Both the position numbers and the translations under genes were made by a program. Positions 1 to 12,393 of a DNA stretch of 64,000 nt are shown here, piece after piece. Within the stretch, counting starts at the first letter, position 1. Each line of letters begins with the position of its first letter. This DNA comes from Podarcis melisellensis. Taxonomy: Eukaryota. The stretch is from assembly GCA_964234715.1 (NCBI GenBank), contig OZ174279.1; one strand, written 5' to 3'. The notes beneath the pieces were generated by a model. That model searched no databases. It saw only the letters and a list, made by a program, of their open reading frames with translations, and was not told the origin of the DNA.

Positions 1-406
1 TTTGAATTATGGTGCTGGAGGAGACTCTTGAGAGTCCCATGGACTGCAAGAAGATCAAACCTATCCATTCTGAAGGAAATCAGCCCTGAGTGCTCACTGG
101 AAGGACAGATCCTGAAGCTGAGGCTCCAATACTTTGGCCACATCATGAGAAGAGAAGACTCCCTGGAAAAGACCCTGATGCTGGGAAAGATGGAGGGCAC
201 AAGGAGAAGGGGACGGCAGAGGACGAGATGGTTGGACAGTGTTCTCAAAGCTACTAACATGAGTTTGACCAAACTGCAGGAGGCAATGGAAGACAGGAGT
301 CCTTCCAGTGAGCACTCAGGGCTGATTTCCTTCAGAATGGATAGGTTTGATAGGTTCGACGATCATCCTTCTTTATGGTCCAGCTCTCACTTCCATACAT
401 CACTAC
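1..406 (+). mobile_element. BovB (RTE-clade LINE) 3' region, truncated, followed by inverted BovB fragments
   Basis: The ORF at 28 reads RVPWTARRSNLSILKEISPECSLEGQILKLRLQYFGHIMRREDSLEKTLMLGKMEG, the BovB C-terminus, and is near-identical to the copies at 7655-8600 and 35197-35883. Bases 300-406 are minus-strand BovB pieces. Confidence 0.93.
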
Positions 407-443
407 GTAAGTAAGTAAGTAAGTAAGTTAAGTAAGTAAGTAA
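407..443. repeat. (GTAA)n microsatellite
   Basis: Tandem gtaa units with one interruption. Confidence 0.95.
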
Positions 444-611
444 AATATGATTGTTACTTGCTTATTGCCATCTCTGAACTACCCAGTCAGGAATAAACTT
501 CTTAGCCAGTGATGAGGAGGATAACCTGGCCTATTGGTTTCCTAAAGTGGCAGTCTTGTACTCCAACTGGGAGTAAGTCTCAGTAAGCTTCTGGGTCATG
601 GGTTCAAGCAA

Positions 612-695
612 AAGATTCCTGCCTGCATTGCAGGGAGTTGGTTTCTTCCCTCATGGTTCCTTCTAACTCTACAAATCTACAATCTCTGAGTCTAT
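612..695 (+). mobile_element. CR1 LINE 3' tail remnant
   Basis: The run agattcctg...cattgcagggagttgg...ttccttctaactctaca...tctat resembles the 3' end of the CR1 at 56623-57000, which lies on the opposite strand. Confidence 0.55.
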
Positions 696-1984
696 ATTCT
701 TCTTTCTCAGCTGGATTTCTACAGAATGGCCAAAGGTTATTCAAAACCCGTTAGAAAAAATGATGAGAGCCTCATGAGATATATCTGTGTGCGTGTATTC
801 AGAGGTCTTATTGTAGGGAAAACAAACGTATAATAGAGGGGAGATATTGTCAATGATAGCTGTTGATTAGTGTTTCAGATTCATGTCTAAGCTGTCCGCC
901 TCTCCCCTTCTTCTGTAAATCAAGCATAAACTGTGGCTAGGAGCAACAACAAAAGGATCATGCCACACACTGGCAAAAAGAAATAAATTCAATTGCCTCA
1001 GCAATCAGGTGGAGATTTGAGCCTTATGAAGCTATTGACAAACAATCTGTGTTTTTCTGTACAGTTAAAAAAAAGAAAGCTCTGACCTACTCGAAAGTGA
1101 GCATTATCTTTCTGAATGGAGGGTATTTGTGTCAAATGGGAAGGCTGTGATTCCTGGAACAAGCAGCTATTATGAATGATGATTCATTGATCAATGAAAG
1201 AATAGGAAGCACAGCTCTCCAGTTAACGAATGGGTGGTTTCTTGCTGCCTAAAATGTAATAGGAGGGGATATCCCTTTTGTAGCTACTGCAAATGAGCCA
1301 CGAAGTACACACACGACTCTAGCAAGAGGGAACCCCCTTAGCTATGGCGTCTATTAGGAAGAGATCACACAGAGAGATCTTTCAAAACGATTTCTCCAGT
1401 GTAATAATATGTCGCCAGAATTGCAGCAATGGCAAAGAAAAGTCTAGAAGGTTTATTTTAAAAGCAGTCCCGTGTGGAGAAGGAACTGTCCTGCCTATAC
1501 GTTTTTGTGCTAATCTCACATTTGTCGCCAAAAGGGTTAAAAGGGCAGGTTTCTGACCAGCGAACCCCAAATAATGCAGTTTTCTGTCTCTACTGCTCTG
1601 GGACTAACTGAGATCAGCTGGGCAAGAGGAAGATTAGTGGGTCCTTTGCTACATATAGTCTGAGTGAGAAAGGCTAACTAAAGAGTATTACAGGAAGCGT
1701 GTCAAGCAAATGAAAGGAATTGAGGCTTGTGCACAAATGGACTATTTTAGGGGCAGATTTAGCTAGACATTTATTCTCAGCCTAGATTGGGGATGGTTGA
1801 AGGCAACAAGCAGTACTCAGAAGTCACAGACTGCACTTTTTGCAATCCATTGCTATTTAACTCCAACTCCAACTTTCCACAGTTTTACATCTATGTGATT
1901 GATATAATTTCAGCTATTATCAAACATCTTTAAGTGCAGTTTTAGTATTGGTTCACCAAAGAGAAACTCTACTCCAGGGTTACC

Positions 1985-2570
1985 TCTAGTTATCTCCCGC
2001 TTGGACTACTGCAATGCGCTCTACGTGGGGCTACCTTTGAAGGTGACTTGGAAACTGCAATTAATCCAGAATGTGGCAGCTAGACTGGTGACTGGGAGTG
2101 GCCGCCAAAACCATACAACACAGGTCCTGAAAGATCTTCATTGGCTCCCAGTACGTTTCCGAGAACAATTCAAAGTGTTGGTGCTGACCTTTAAAGCCCT
2201 AAACGGCCTCGGTCCTGTATACCTGAAGGAGTGTCTCCATCCCCATCATTCAGCCTGGACACCAAGGTCCAGCACCGAGGTCCTTCTGGCAGATCCCTCG
2301 CTGTGAGAAGTGAAGTTACAGGGAACCAGGCAGAGGGCCTTCTTAGTAGTGGCACCTGCCCTGTGGAATGCCCTCCCAGCAGATGTTGAGGCAATAAAAA
2401 ACTATTTGACTTTTAAAAGACAACTGAAGGTGGTCCTGTTTCGGGAAGTTTTTAATGTCTGATGCTGTATTGTATTTAATATTCAGTTGGAAGCTGCCCA
2501 GAGTGGCTGGGGAAACCCAGTCAGATGGGCGGGGTAGAAATAATAAATTATTATTACTATTATTATTATT
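1985..2570 (+). mobile_element. L2-clade LINE 3' fragment
   Basis: Translates to SRLDYCNALYVGLPLK..LQLIQNVAARLV..LHWLPV..FKVLVLTFKALNGLGPVYLKE, the L2 ORF2 C-terminus. Ends in AATAATAAA plus a (TTA)n tail. Confidence 0.9.
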
Positions 2571-3142
2571 ACGCCAACATTACGTTGATCTGCAATTCTT
2601 GTCATCCCAAGTCCAACAACACTGGCGGGCCACAGGTTCCCAAACCCTCCTTTTTTTCGGGGTGTGAGAGAATGTGGTGGTAGGAGCAAATTAGGAAGGG
2701 CAACTAGGCATCCTTGGAATGTATGATATAGTAAGAATGCTTCTGAACATATTAACTGATTTTACCTCACCACAGGCTAACCACAGCTTTCCCCCTACCT
2801 AATCCCACCACATATCTGAGATGTGAGGGGGGCCAGGCTTCCATATGAGTTAGAAAGCCTCTCATGCTGATTGTTGAACCTTGACTATTGTATGCCTGTA
2901 ATATAAGTGATTTATTTTACATGGTTATATACAGCTCCCTGGCAGGGCACCTAACACAGGCCTGCAAAGGATCTCTTTCACAGATGAGAGGAAATGGAGC
3001 GGCCAGAGTATAATTAAGGAGAATGTGCACAGTTTATTAGCTGCACTAGGAATCAATCCAAACTCCAAAACAGACTGAGCTCTGGGGCCTCTCTGCTTAA
3101 AAAGGATTCTACCTCACAGCAGAAGATAAGAGAGCCAATGAG

Positions 3143-3228
3143 TATAGTTTCCCAATCAAGGGAATTAATAGTACCACTTTATTCTGCCTTGGTCTGACCA
3201 CACCTGGAATACTGTGTCCAATTCTGGA
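3143..3228 (+). mobile_element. CR1 LINE ORF2 fragment
   Basis: Encodes [23 protein letters not shown], a hallmark CR1 motif. Confidence 0.85.
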
Positions 3229-4679
3229 CTCAGGCACCATGGCACCCACAGAGGTCTGTGTTAGTGTTATTTTACCTTCTGGATTTAAACTCTGCCTTTT
3301 AGAAATTTAGAAGTTTATGAAAAATATGTATTAGGGACAGATCTGATGGATAATCCAAGTATGTAATGATTCAGTTAAGAAACCTAAGAAGGCAAGAGTA
3401 TTTAAATAAATTAATCAATTTATTATTGATTACATTTGTCAATGATATTTGAATGAGGTGAAATGTGATGAATTCATGATTTAATTGTTTTGTGAGAAAG
3501 TAATTTTATTTTTATGTGTCTATTGTTTATTGGTAAGCGTTTTGTTAAAAAAACATGTAAATAATATCAGTAACCAAAACAAGAAGAAAATAATCATCGC
3601 CTTCTGTTAGAAGGATGGATATCAGTTGCTTGGATTTATAATTATATTGCTTCTTTAGTTTTCCATTTGAATATGGGGGAATAGCTGACCCTGAAGCAGG
3701 CGGCTATTTCACTAGAACTTGGCTTTCTTCATCAGTGACAATAAAGAGAGCGCAGTGGTCCTGAGCATCTGCTTCAAGCAAACTAGTTGCATCCTAAAGA
3801 GGAAACACAGTATTGTGCACTGAAGCAGACAGCAGTATCCTCACAGCATTTTTCTATAGGTTTGTCTAAGGTCCATATAATATGACAAAGACATAAGAGC
3901 CATCTGGCCCCATGAACCTATAGAACCCTCCCTGTTTATTTCCACCTGTCAATCGCTGATAATTTCTCCTGTCAATTGCTCTTTATTTCCTTCTGCCTTA
4001 TTTTATTACAGATTGATTATTGAAAGAACTTCCCACTGATTCTTAACTATCATCACAGCCTTTTTATTGTAATATTAACTCATCTAGATTTTCCATTAGA
4101 CTGTGTAATTTTTTGCTCAGCTTGCTTTCGGCTCCTGTGTGAAGAGCGTATAAAACAAAAGATGGCTCATTTTATTTTATTTACAGTAGCTTTTGCCCCC
4201 AGCTGCTGTGAAATCACAGGTTCCCATTCAAGATTACTACAATGCTTTGATTCACTGTTTACCTGCATTTCACTTGGCCAAAAGAAATGATTTCATACTT
4301 ATTCTCCTGGGGCTGTATGCTAAATCATCTGGATCCCAATAGAAATAAATGCTGTGTCAAGAATCTTAGCACAATTACTTCCATTACTTTCCTGGCCAAG
4401 ACCTACTGGTGAAGCTCATCAGGAATCCAGGCAGGAGAACAGGGCTACAGGCTGTTCATGGTGAAACTGGATCAAGTCAGACTGGGTATTAAACACGGGG
4501 AACCCAAGAACAGAACAGAAAACAATGATCATGGGGAATTTAGTCCAAACTAGCCCATACATTTAAGCCTAGGTCTCAAACGTTCTAGTCACACTGTATC
4601 AGAGTATCTCATTCATAGTGACAGCCTCTAATCTAACTCAGAGCACAGGTCTGTGTACATTATCTCATACAATTTCCAG

Positions 4680-4760
4680 AACAGTGGTTGTATTTGTCTT
4701 TTGCAGCAAAACCAAGGAATCTAGTGGTATCTTAAAGACCAACAGTAATCTACTTCGTCA
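4680..4760. mobile_element. Penelope terminal (pLTR-like) fragment
   Basis: agtggtatcttaaagaccaac matches agtagcaccttaaagaccaac in the element at 12220-12440 and lies near the Penelope body. Confidence 0.5.
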
Positions 4761-5039
4761 GGTGCATGGTGTTCTGAAAACTTTCTTTTCGGGAGGGTGC
4801 GCACACACACACACACACACAAACTTGGGGGTGTCTAGAAGGCGAGGTTGGAAGGAAACAAGATGCAGAAAAGTACAGTAATAATTACATCCTGAACAGT
4901 GGTAATTCACAAAACAGTTCTTGAGGAAACAGGCATCCAGGCACTGGTGAGGCAATTAACACATACAGCATCCTAAAAATTCTTTGTCTCAGCTCAATCC
5001 ATACACGAAAGCACTGAAACACTTGATGTACTATCATCC

Positions 5040-6370
5040 AGCAGTTTCATACTGAAGTCTTCCTTTGAAGTGCCTTTGTTCTAGGGCAGCAGCTGCATAA
5101 TACTTTGCAATGTGTCCTGGAAGGTTGAAATTTCGGATGTTGCCATTTTTATGTCAGATCCATGTCCATTTATTCTTTTGGGTAGAGACCGGCATTTTTC
5201 TCCTATATAGGATGCAGAAGGGCACTGCTGGCAGACAATGACATTTATCACATTGATGGATGAGCAGGTGAACTGAATCCCTGATGTAGAGGATGACATT
5301 ATTAGGTCCTGTAATAGTGTTGGCCAGATCCTTTGTCCAGATCTCTATTATGTGGTCTGTTATTACCAGTGAGTGTTTTAGGCCAGGGGGCGGGGGTGCT
5401 GTCTGTAAGCAAGTACAGGCCTGTGACCCAAATCCTGTGAAAAGTTGAGCTGAAGATCATTGATGATAATATATTTGAGTAGTTCCAGCAAGGAGCCATA
5501 AGTGACAAGTGGTGGCCAGTCATTTTCTCTTCTAAAGTAAATTGTTCCTGCAAATCAATCTAGCCCTGATTATCTGTTGTTGATGCTTTCATTTCATTGG
5601 GTGGGCATTGTAGTTTGGGGAATGCCAGGCATGCTGAGGAATGCCTTACGTTTTTAAGCTGTGAATCTCTATTCAATGAATCTGAAGTCTGAACAGATGT
5701 AGATGTCTCATAGGCCTCAGCTGTCATGTGTTCTGGGCGGAAACTGGAAACTTGTCAGTAAATGTGGTGGTCTGTAGTTTTTTTCTGCATAAGGTGGTTC
5801 ATGATATAGTTGCACGAATGTGTCCAAGTGAACCTCTTGCATGGATTGTTCTAAGCTCAAGTTCATGGTGGGTGAAAATGATTGAAGTACTGTTGAAACT
5901 CCTCAAGTATCTCCTGTCCATAACTCTAGATGATAAATATGTCATCAATGTATCTCAAGCTGAGGAGAGGCTTTTGGAGACAGGAGCTGAGAAACCATTG
6001 CTCTGTGTCAGCCATGAAGATGTTTGCATATTTTGGAACCATGCGCAAGTGTTCAAGACAGAGCAGTTGATCTGAAGATGCAAGTTATACCTAAGTCTGA
6101 AGTAACTGTGGGTAACTACAAAATGGCAGACTTTGGTAGCCAGGTTTGCTATTCCTAGTGGCTTGCAGTCCATCTTTGTGGCAAATGTTGGCATAAAAGG
6201 CCTCATTAGGATGGGGTTTTCTGGGAGATTGTCAATAAATTGTAATCTGAAACTAGAAGACACCACCCTACTTTTCTTGGATGCTGAGACGGATTACATA
6301 CTATTAGGACTATCACTCCTGATGGGCCTAGCTCCTATTTTTCCCTTCTACTAAACTCCGATCTTTCTTA
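5040..6370 (-). mobile_element. Decayed Penelope-like element (RT plus GIY-YIG endonuclease)
   Basis: The minus strand gives KYANIFMADTEQ, YIDDIFII (RT catalytic motif), FNHFHP, and CQQCPSASYIGEKCRSLPKRINGHGSDIK (GIY-YIG). Multiple stops and frameshifts are present. Confidence 0.88.
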
Positions 6371-7654
6371 CCAGCTATTCATGAAAGCAGTATGAGAAAA
6401 TGACAAAAACAATTAGGATACTGCATACGTCAGGCTGTATTAGGTGTTCCTTTTAATGCTTCTGTGACTCAGTGAGCTCTTGTGGATGCAGATCCTGTCT
6501 TCTTGTATTGTTTAACGCTAAATCTCTTGTCAGGTTCTGTTACATTCCCTTTCTGTGTACAACCCACACAGAATCTGAGTCTTCAATGTTCCCACTCTGC
6601 GCAGCTGGGCTGGATGCTAAATCATCCAGTTTTGCTTTTAGTTTAGGAGATCAGTAGCTTGAAAGTCACTTTGTTCAGCTGAGAAGCAGGTTAGGAATTC
6701 CAGTAAACTAACAAATGTATAATAATGATTAATATTAACTATCACATAATTAGGAAGCATTTGTTTTACATGTGTCAGTTATGGATAGAAACTGGAAATG
6801 TTCAGAGTGCATCCATTCTACTCATGCCCCAAACTGGAGATCCCTGTGTCTACCACAATAGCACAGGGGAATCAAAACTGCATGAATTTGGGGGACGCTG
6901 AGTGTCTTGCAATTGTGAACATTGAATTCAAATGTGAAAATTTGTTAATTATGGCAAATCTAACAAATCTTAGGTTTTAAATAGCAAGTTTAAGTGGAAG
7001 CCTATTGTGACTGAGACATAGGCAGCTGTCAGAGATGAACTAACAACAACCAAAGCTAGAAAAGCCGTGTGGCTCATGTAAGATCCTAGTCTACAAATCC
7101 CTGCATCCACAGTCATTCCTGTCAAGAACGGCCCAATGGACAGCCTGCCTGGGTGAGAGTGCCAGTCGCAAAAAAACCCCCAGCTTTGCACCCTGGAAGA
7201 TATTCCAAGTTGAAGTTCTGGCAGTTCCCTAAATGGGACACTAACATAGAGAACTAAATGTCCCTGGTTTTAGTTCTAGCAGTTGGACATAGTAGCTATG
7301 TCATGGTAATGGACAGAAAAATAAAATGCCTGTAGAACGTTTTCTCTGATCAGCCATGGATTTCATTTGGGAAACCTTCAACAAGTCACTTTCACAGCAA
7401 CACCCACCAAACAGGGCAGTTGTGAAGCTAAAATTAGATGAGGATTTGTATACTGCCTTTCTGCCAAGGCCCCCAGAGCAGTTCATAATTTCAATATACT
7501 AAAACAAACAAATGATATAAAGTGTTGATCGAGTCCTCTTATGACATCTGGGGGCTGATGGCACAAGCTCCTTGGCGTGGACCTGCTGATGTCTGCCTTT
7601 CCTTGGGTCACACAGGTCTTAAGCAGCCATAAAGAAGATGCAGAAGGTGATATT

Positions 7655-8600
7655 GTTGTTTAGTTGTTTAGTCATGTCTGACTCTTCATGACCCCATGGA
7701 CCAGAGCACGCCAGGCACTCCTGTCTTCCACTGCCTCCCGCGGCTTGGTCAAACCCATGTTAGTAGCTTCGAGAGCACTGTCCAACCATCTCATCCTCTG
7801 TCATCCCCTTCTCTTTGTGCCCTCCATCTTTCCCAACATCAGGGTCTTTTCCAGGGAGTCTTCTCTTCTCATGAGGTGGCCAAAGTATTGGAGCCTCAGC
7901 TTCACGATCTGTCCTTCCAGTGAGCACTCAGGGCTGATTTCCTTCAGAATGGATAGGTTTGTTCTTCTTGCAGTCCATGGGACTCTCAAGAGTCTCCTCC
8001 AGCACCATAATTCAAAAGCATCAATTGTTCGGCAATCAGCCTTCTTTATGGTCCAGCTCTCACTTCCATACATCACTACTGGGAAAACCATAGCTTTAAC
8101 TATACGGACCTTTGTTGGCAAGGTGATGTCTCTGCTTTTTAAGATGCTGTCTACGTTTGTCATTGCTTTTCTCCCAAGAAGCAGGCCTCTTTTAATTTCA
8201 TGGCTGCTGTCACCATCTGCAGTGATCATGAAGCCCAAGAAAGTAAAATCTCTCACTGCCTCCATTTTCCCCCATTCTATTTGCCAGGAGGTGATAGGCC
8301 CAGTGGCCATGATCTTCGTTTTTTTGATGTTGAGCTTCAGACCATATTTTGTGCTCTCCTCTTTCACCCTCATTAAAAGGTTCTTTAATTCCTCCTCACT
8401 TTCTACCATCAATGTTGTGTCATCTGCATATCTGAGGTTGTTGATATTTCTTCCGGCAATCTTAATTCAGGCTTGGGATTCATCTAGCCCAGCCTTTTGC
8501 ATGATGAATTCTGCATATAAGTTAAATAAGCAGGGAGACAATATACAGCCTTGTCATACTCCTTTCCCAATTTTGAACCAATCATTTTTTCCATATCCAG
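7655..8600 (-). mobile_element. BovB LINE, 5'-truncated, with 10-bp TSD AGGTGATATT
   Basis: The 203-aa minus-strand ORF (7801-8412) has the RT C-terminus, and NINNLRYADD is read just upstream. The tail is ACTAAACAACTAAACAAC-type. TSD copies are at 7645-7654 and 8632-8641. Confidence 0.95.
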
Positions 8601-8724
8601 TTCCATATCCATGTGATATTATTCCATATCCAGGTGATATTACAAGACCACAACTCACATAAACCCTGAGCATTGGCTGGACTGATGGGTGTTGGGAGTT
8701 CAACAGCAACCGGAAGACTGTTTT

Positions 8725-8810
8725 GCATTCACAACAACCCTGTGGGAAGGTTAGCCTAAGGGATAGTGATTGGTGGCTACCGTCACAAACTGAGTTTCAA
8801 GGTGGATTCA
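8725..8810 (-). mobile_element. MIR/Squam3-like SINE fragment
   Basis: cacaacaaccctgtg..ggttagcctaag..gtgattgg is the reverse complement of the SINE core seen at 45565 and 62113. Confidence 0.5.
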
Positions 8811-10354
8811 ATTTCAATAAATGGATGAAAAAAGAAGGAAGAATTTCCTTGCTGAAGATATATATACCTGCCCTTCTTCATTAAATTGGACTGACTTTGC
8901 TCTTAAGTCATTCTTCAAGAATTAACGTTTCTATATTATGACCACTTCTTACGCTTTGCATTCGCTGTCATGCAAATCACCCCTGTGGTGAAAAACACAG
9001 CATAACAAAGGAGCTATTGATCTCTGTGAGTACTCAGAATTACCAGAATTATTTTCCCCTATGTGAAGGAAAGTATCTCTGTCTACATGGGGGCATGTGT
9101 GATTTTTGAGCTTGAAAACAGTCAAAAGTGAAAGGGTGGGGCAACCCCTCTTCCTTCACCTCTGTCCATCATTCCTCCACTCAAGCTCTCACTCGCAAGG
9201 GCTACAATTGGTTACAAATAAACATTATGAGAAGGATAAATGTGGGACTCAGGCATGATTATTTGGATAATGTTCTGGATTCTTGGCATTCTCTTTTCAA
9301 AATTGTGAGTAGCTGTAGCTGTCAGTGCTTAACTCATTGCAGATTTTAATGTGGCAGCAGCTTGCTGAAACACTTCCACTGATGAAAATTGCAGTATGGA
9401 AAACAGGTCTTCTTATGTTCTCTAAACAAAATTAGTAGTGATTTATCTCTTTCCTACACAGTTTGTCAGCTGCAATATACCTTTGATTCTGACTTTGTAT
9501 CCTCTCTTTTAAAACATTTTCTTAGTTACCTCCAGGCCACACATCAACCAGGTTACAGTGTCCACCCATAGATCACTGTAAATGTTACTGTCTTGGCTTT
9601 AGAAGAGTGATATTATAGGTGATTTTTGCTGCACTTAAAGCACAAAAACACGTTTTTGTGCAAGTATAGGTAATTTTGTCAGATAAAGGGTTAATTAAAG
9701 TAGGGTGAAAAACAGACTCTCTCACCTATCTATGCAGATGTTTAGTTTATCATGCTGATTTGTATGCATGTCTAAGACTAGATCACATGAATGCTAATTA
9801 GCAATAGGAATAATTTCCCAGACTAGCAAGACTACCAAAATGTCATTGACATTGCAAGGATACCAGTTATCAGAAGGGCTACAGCTCCGTTAACTGTCCC
9901 CCAGTCAGACACACAAACAGAACTACTAGAGAACGACTAGAGTTTAATGACACAGTGTTCCATCAGGAACTTTTGCACGGAGCTGTGCTAATCTAGAAGT
10001 ATACCACCTCAATGCAGACAATGGCATTAGCAAAGACTTAGCAAATGACCATTTGTATTTCAGTGCTGGAACGAGAGACCAGGAATATAATAGCAAACAT
10101 CTTAAGTGCTATGCTATTAAAGAAAACAAGTGGGGCGTACAACAAGACATTGGAGTCCTCATGTTCAAGATTCCAGCCCTTTCCAGTAAATCCCATTCCT
10201 CCACCATCATCCAGTTTTCCACTATAGTCTGACAGCATTATGTGCACACTAAGCATGCTCAGTCCTTACTGGACTCTTTTGGGGTTTTCTCCCTTTAAGT
10301 CCCCTCCCCCCCCAAAAAAAATCTTTTCTACTTCTGCAAAACATGAGCTTATTA

Positions 10355-10480
10355 TACATGGGTGAGGAACCTGTGGCTCTGTAGATGTTGTTGGACTACA
10401 ACTCCCATCAGCCCTGACCATTTGACCATGCTGGTTGGCACATTTGGGAGTTTGAGTCCAACCACCTCACCTATGCTGGT
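10355..10480. mobile_element. Short hAT-like MITE remnant
   Basis: Imperfect palindrome: gatgttgttggactacaactccca ... tgggagtttgagtccaaccacctc. Confidence 0.6.
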
Positions 10481-10834
10481 GTATAGGATGCCAACTAGTT
10501 CGTATTTAAGTGAGATAGTTGCAGTCAACAACTGGAACACCACTTCGAACAACACCAGAACTGAATGCTTGAAATTAAGCTTCAAATGCTGAAATTTAAA
10601 ACATTGGGGGTTTTGCTTGGTGGGAAGTCTGTTGAGTCAGCAGCTTTAAGAGGATGTTTCCTGACTAATTAATCATTCTTCCCTGCCACTACACATTCAT
10701 CTAATGTTTCCTGTCTAAAAGTATAATCCTTACACCCACTGGGTGAGATATGCAGTTTGCAATGGCAGAACATAGTAGCACCAAGGGAAGTAAGGGGTGG
10801 TGGAGATGAGGGAGTGGAGATAATATTGATAATA

Positions 10835-10970
10835 CTAGAACCGGGCCCATCTGAAGAAGCTGAATGTGGGAAGATTCAGGGCAAAGTACTTCTTCACAGA
10901 TTGCACAAACTGTGGCATTTGTCCCCACAAGAGGTTGCAATGGCCACCAATTTGGATGTGTGTGTGTTGT
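10835..10970 (+). mobile_element. CR1 ORF2 C-terminal fragment
   Basis: Reads KKLNVGRFRAKYFFT, then in another frame KLWHLSPQEVAMATNLD. This resembles the CR1 motif RFR..RKYFFTQRVV.LWN.LPQEVV. Confidence 0.7.
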
Positions 10971-11096
10971 TGTTGTTTTAAAAAAGATTGCACTTTCTCA
11001 GCATTGTTCCTGAGATCTTTCTTAATGATAGTTCCTGGAGATTTAAGCTTCGGATCTTTTACCACTTTGGGCTATGGTTCTCTGCCCATACCAGTA

Positions 11097-11486
11097 GTTC
11101 TTCTTCTTCTTTGGCGATCACTCATACCCGAATAATATTGTCTTCCATAAATACGGTTTTAACAGTGAGTCTGTAATTGACTGTGGAGGCCATTTCTGAA
11201 TCCACAGGTCCTTCCACTGTGGGGACATAGGTTTCTGGGCAGGAGTTTATCATGGTGAGGGTTTGCCAAGCATGCCTTCCTCTTAGCATGTTTCTCCCTT
11301 TTGTTCTGAGTTCTCACGTCTTCAAAATCCATGACACCTTTGGTAAAGGCTGTTCTCCAACTGGAGCGCTTGCAGAACAGTGTTTTCCAGTTGTCGGTGT
11401 TTGTACAACATTTTTTAAGATTTGCCTTGAGAGAGTCTTTGAACCTCTTTTGTTGACCACCAGTATTACACTTTCCATTTTTAAGT
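11097..11486 (-). mobile_element. RTE-clade LINE (non-BovB) 3' fragment
   Basis: The minus strand ends in the Zn-finger-like NLCPHSGRTCGFRNGLHSQLQTHC*, then a short 3'UTR and a (GAA)n tail. Confidence 0.8.
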
Positions 11487-12303
11487 TCGGAGGAGGAGGA
11501 GGAGTATTGTGTTTGTGTATGTGCATGTGTGTAGTATACACACAGCTATCAATGATACTTTAGGCTCATGAAGAATACCATTCTTTTGCAACATGCACCA
11601 TTCACTGGCAACCACAGACAGTCTGTTTAAGATGTTATAAATGTTAAATAACATGGTTGCAAAATATTTTAACAGCCTCTTTAAAAGCAATTCACTTCCA
11701 CCCCCAACCCCAAGTGTTCTCTTGGCAGGCTCATGATGGGGATAAGGGATTAGCCTTTAAAAGGCCTGTTTAATGATATGATTTAAAATATAGGCAGTAA
11801 TTTTTAAATGCCTTGGAGATTACCCCCTTTCAAGTCTATCTTCCATTGGACTCTGTTTGCTTTCCTATTGCGCCTCTCAGCTTGGTCTCAGACAGCAGAT
11901 GACACAATACCTGTGAAGCCAGGTGTCAGATTACTAGTCCCTACTGACAGGTGAAACCCTCAAGGCACTTTTCACAACATCCTTTTCACATGTCAGATGA
12001 CCATGTGGAGTGTGAGCGGGACAGCACTGGTGTCCCCTCCACATGTTGACCATGCCTACTTTCTAAGAACTTACCTGTGTTACATATGTGCCCTAATTCA
12101 ATTCAATTCAATTCCCCATTTACCAACAAGCCCAATTACTTCATACCCTAACCAAAACAGAACCATGCTGCAAAATTCACACTTTTCCGAATTTTGCAAT
12201 GCAGTTCTTCAGCTGCAGACAGGTAGCCATGTTGGTCTGCCATAGTCAAAACAAAACAAAATCCTTCCAGTAGCACCTTAAAGACCAACTAAGTTAGTTC
12301 TTG

Positions 12304-12341
12304 GTATGAGCTTTCGTGTGCATGCACACTTCTTCAGATAC
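12304..12341 (-). ncRNA. Second copy of the hammerhead motif on the minus strand
   Basis: Exact reverse complement of 12356-12393, lying in the left palindrome arm. Confidence 0.78.
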
Positions 12342-12355
12342 ACTTCTGTTTCAGT

Positions 12356-12393
12356 GTATCTGAAGAAGTGTGCATGCACACGAAAGCTCATAC
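12356..12393 (+). ncRNA. Minimal type I hammerhead ribozyme motif (Penelope-associated)
   Basis: GUAU-CUGAAGA-A-GUGUGC-AU-GCACAC-GAAA-GC-UC-AUAC. This has stem I GUAU/AUAC, the CUGAnGA core, stem II, GAAA, a palindromic AGCU short stem III and a UH cleavage site. Confidence 0.8.

Noticed and set aside
4985-5045. Possible hammerhead remnant (cacgaaagc) at the end of the Penelope body
   Set aside because: No correctly placed CUGAnGA core or stems.
7688-8662. 324-aa plus-strand ORF
   Set aside because: It is the antisense shadow of the BovB ORF. The same peptide recurs at 35233 in another BovB copy.
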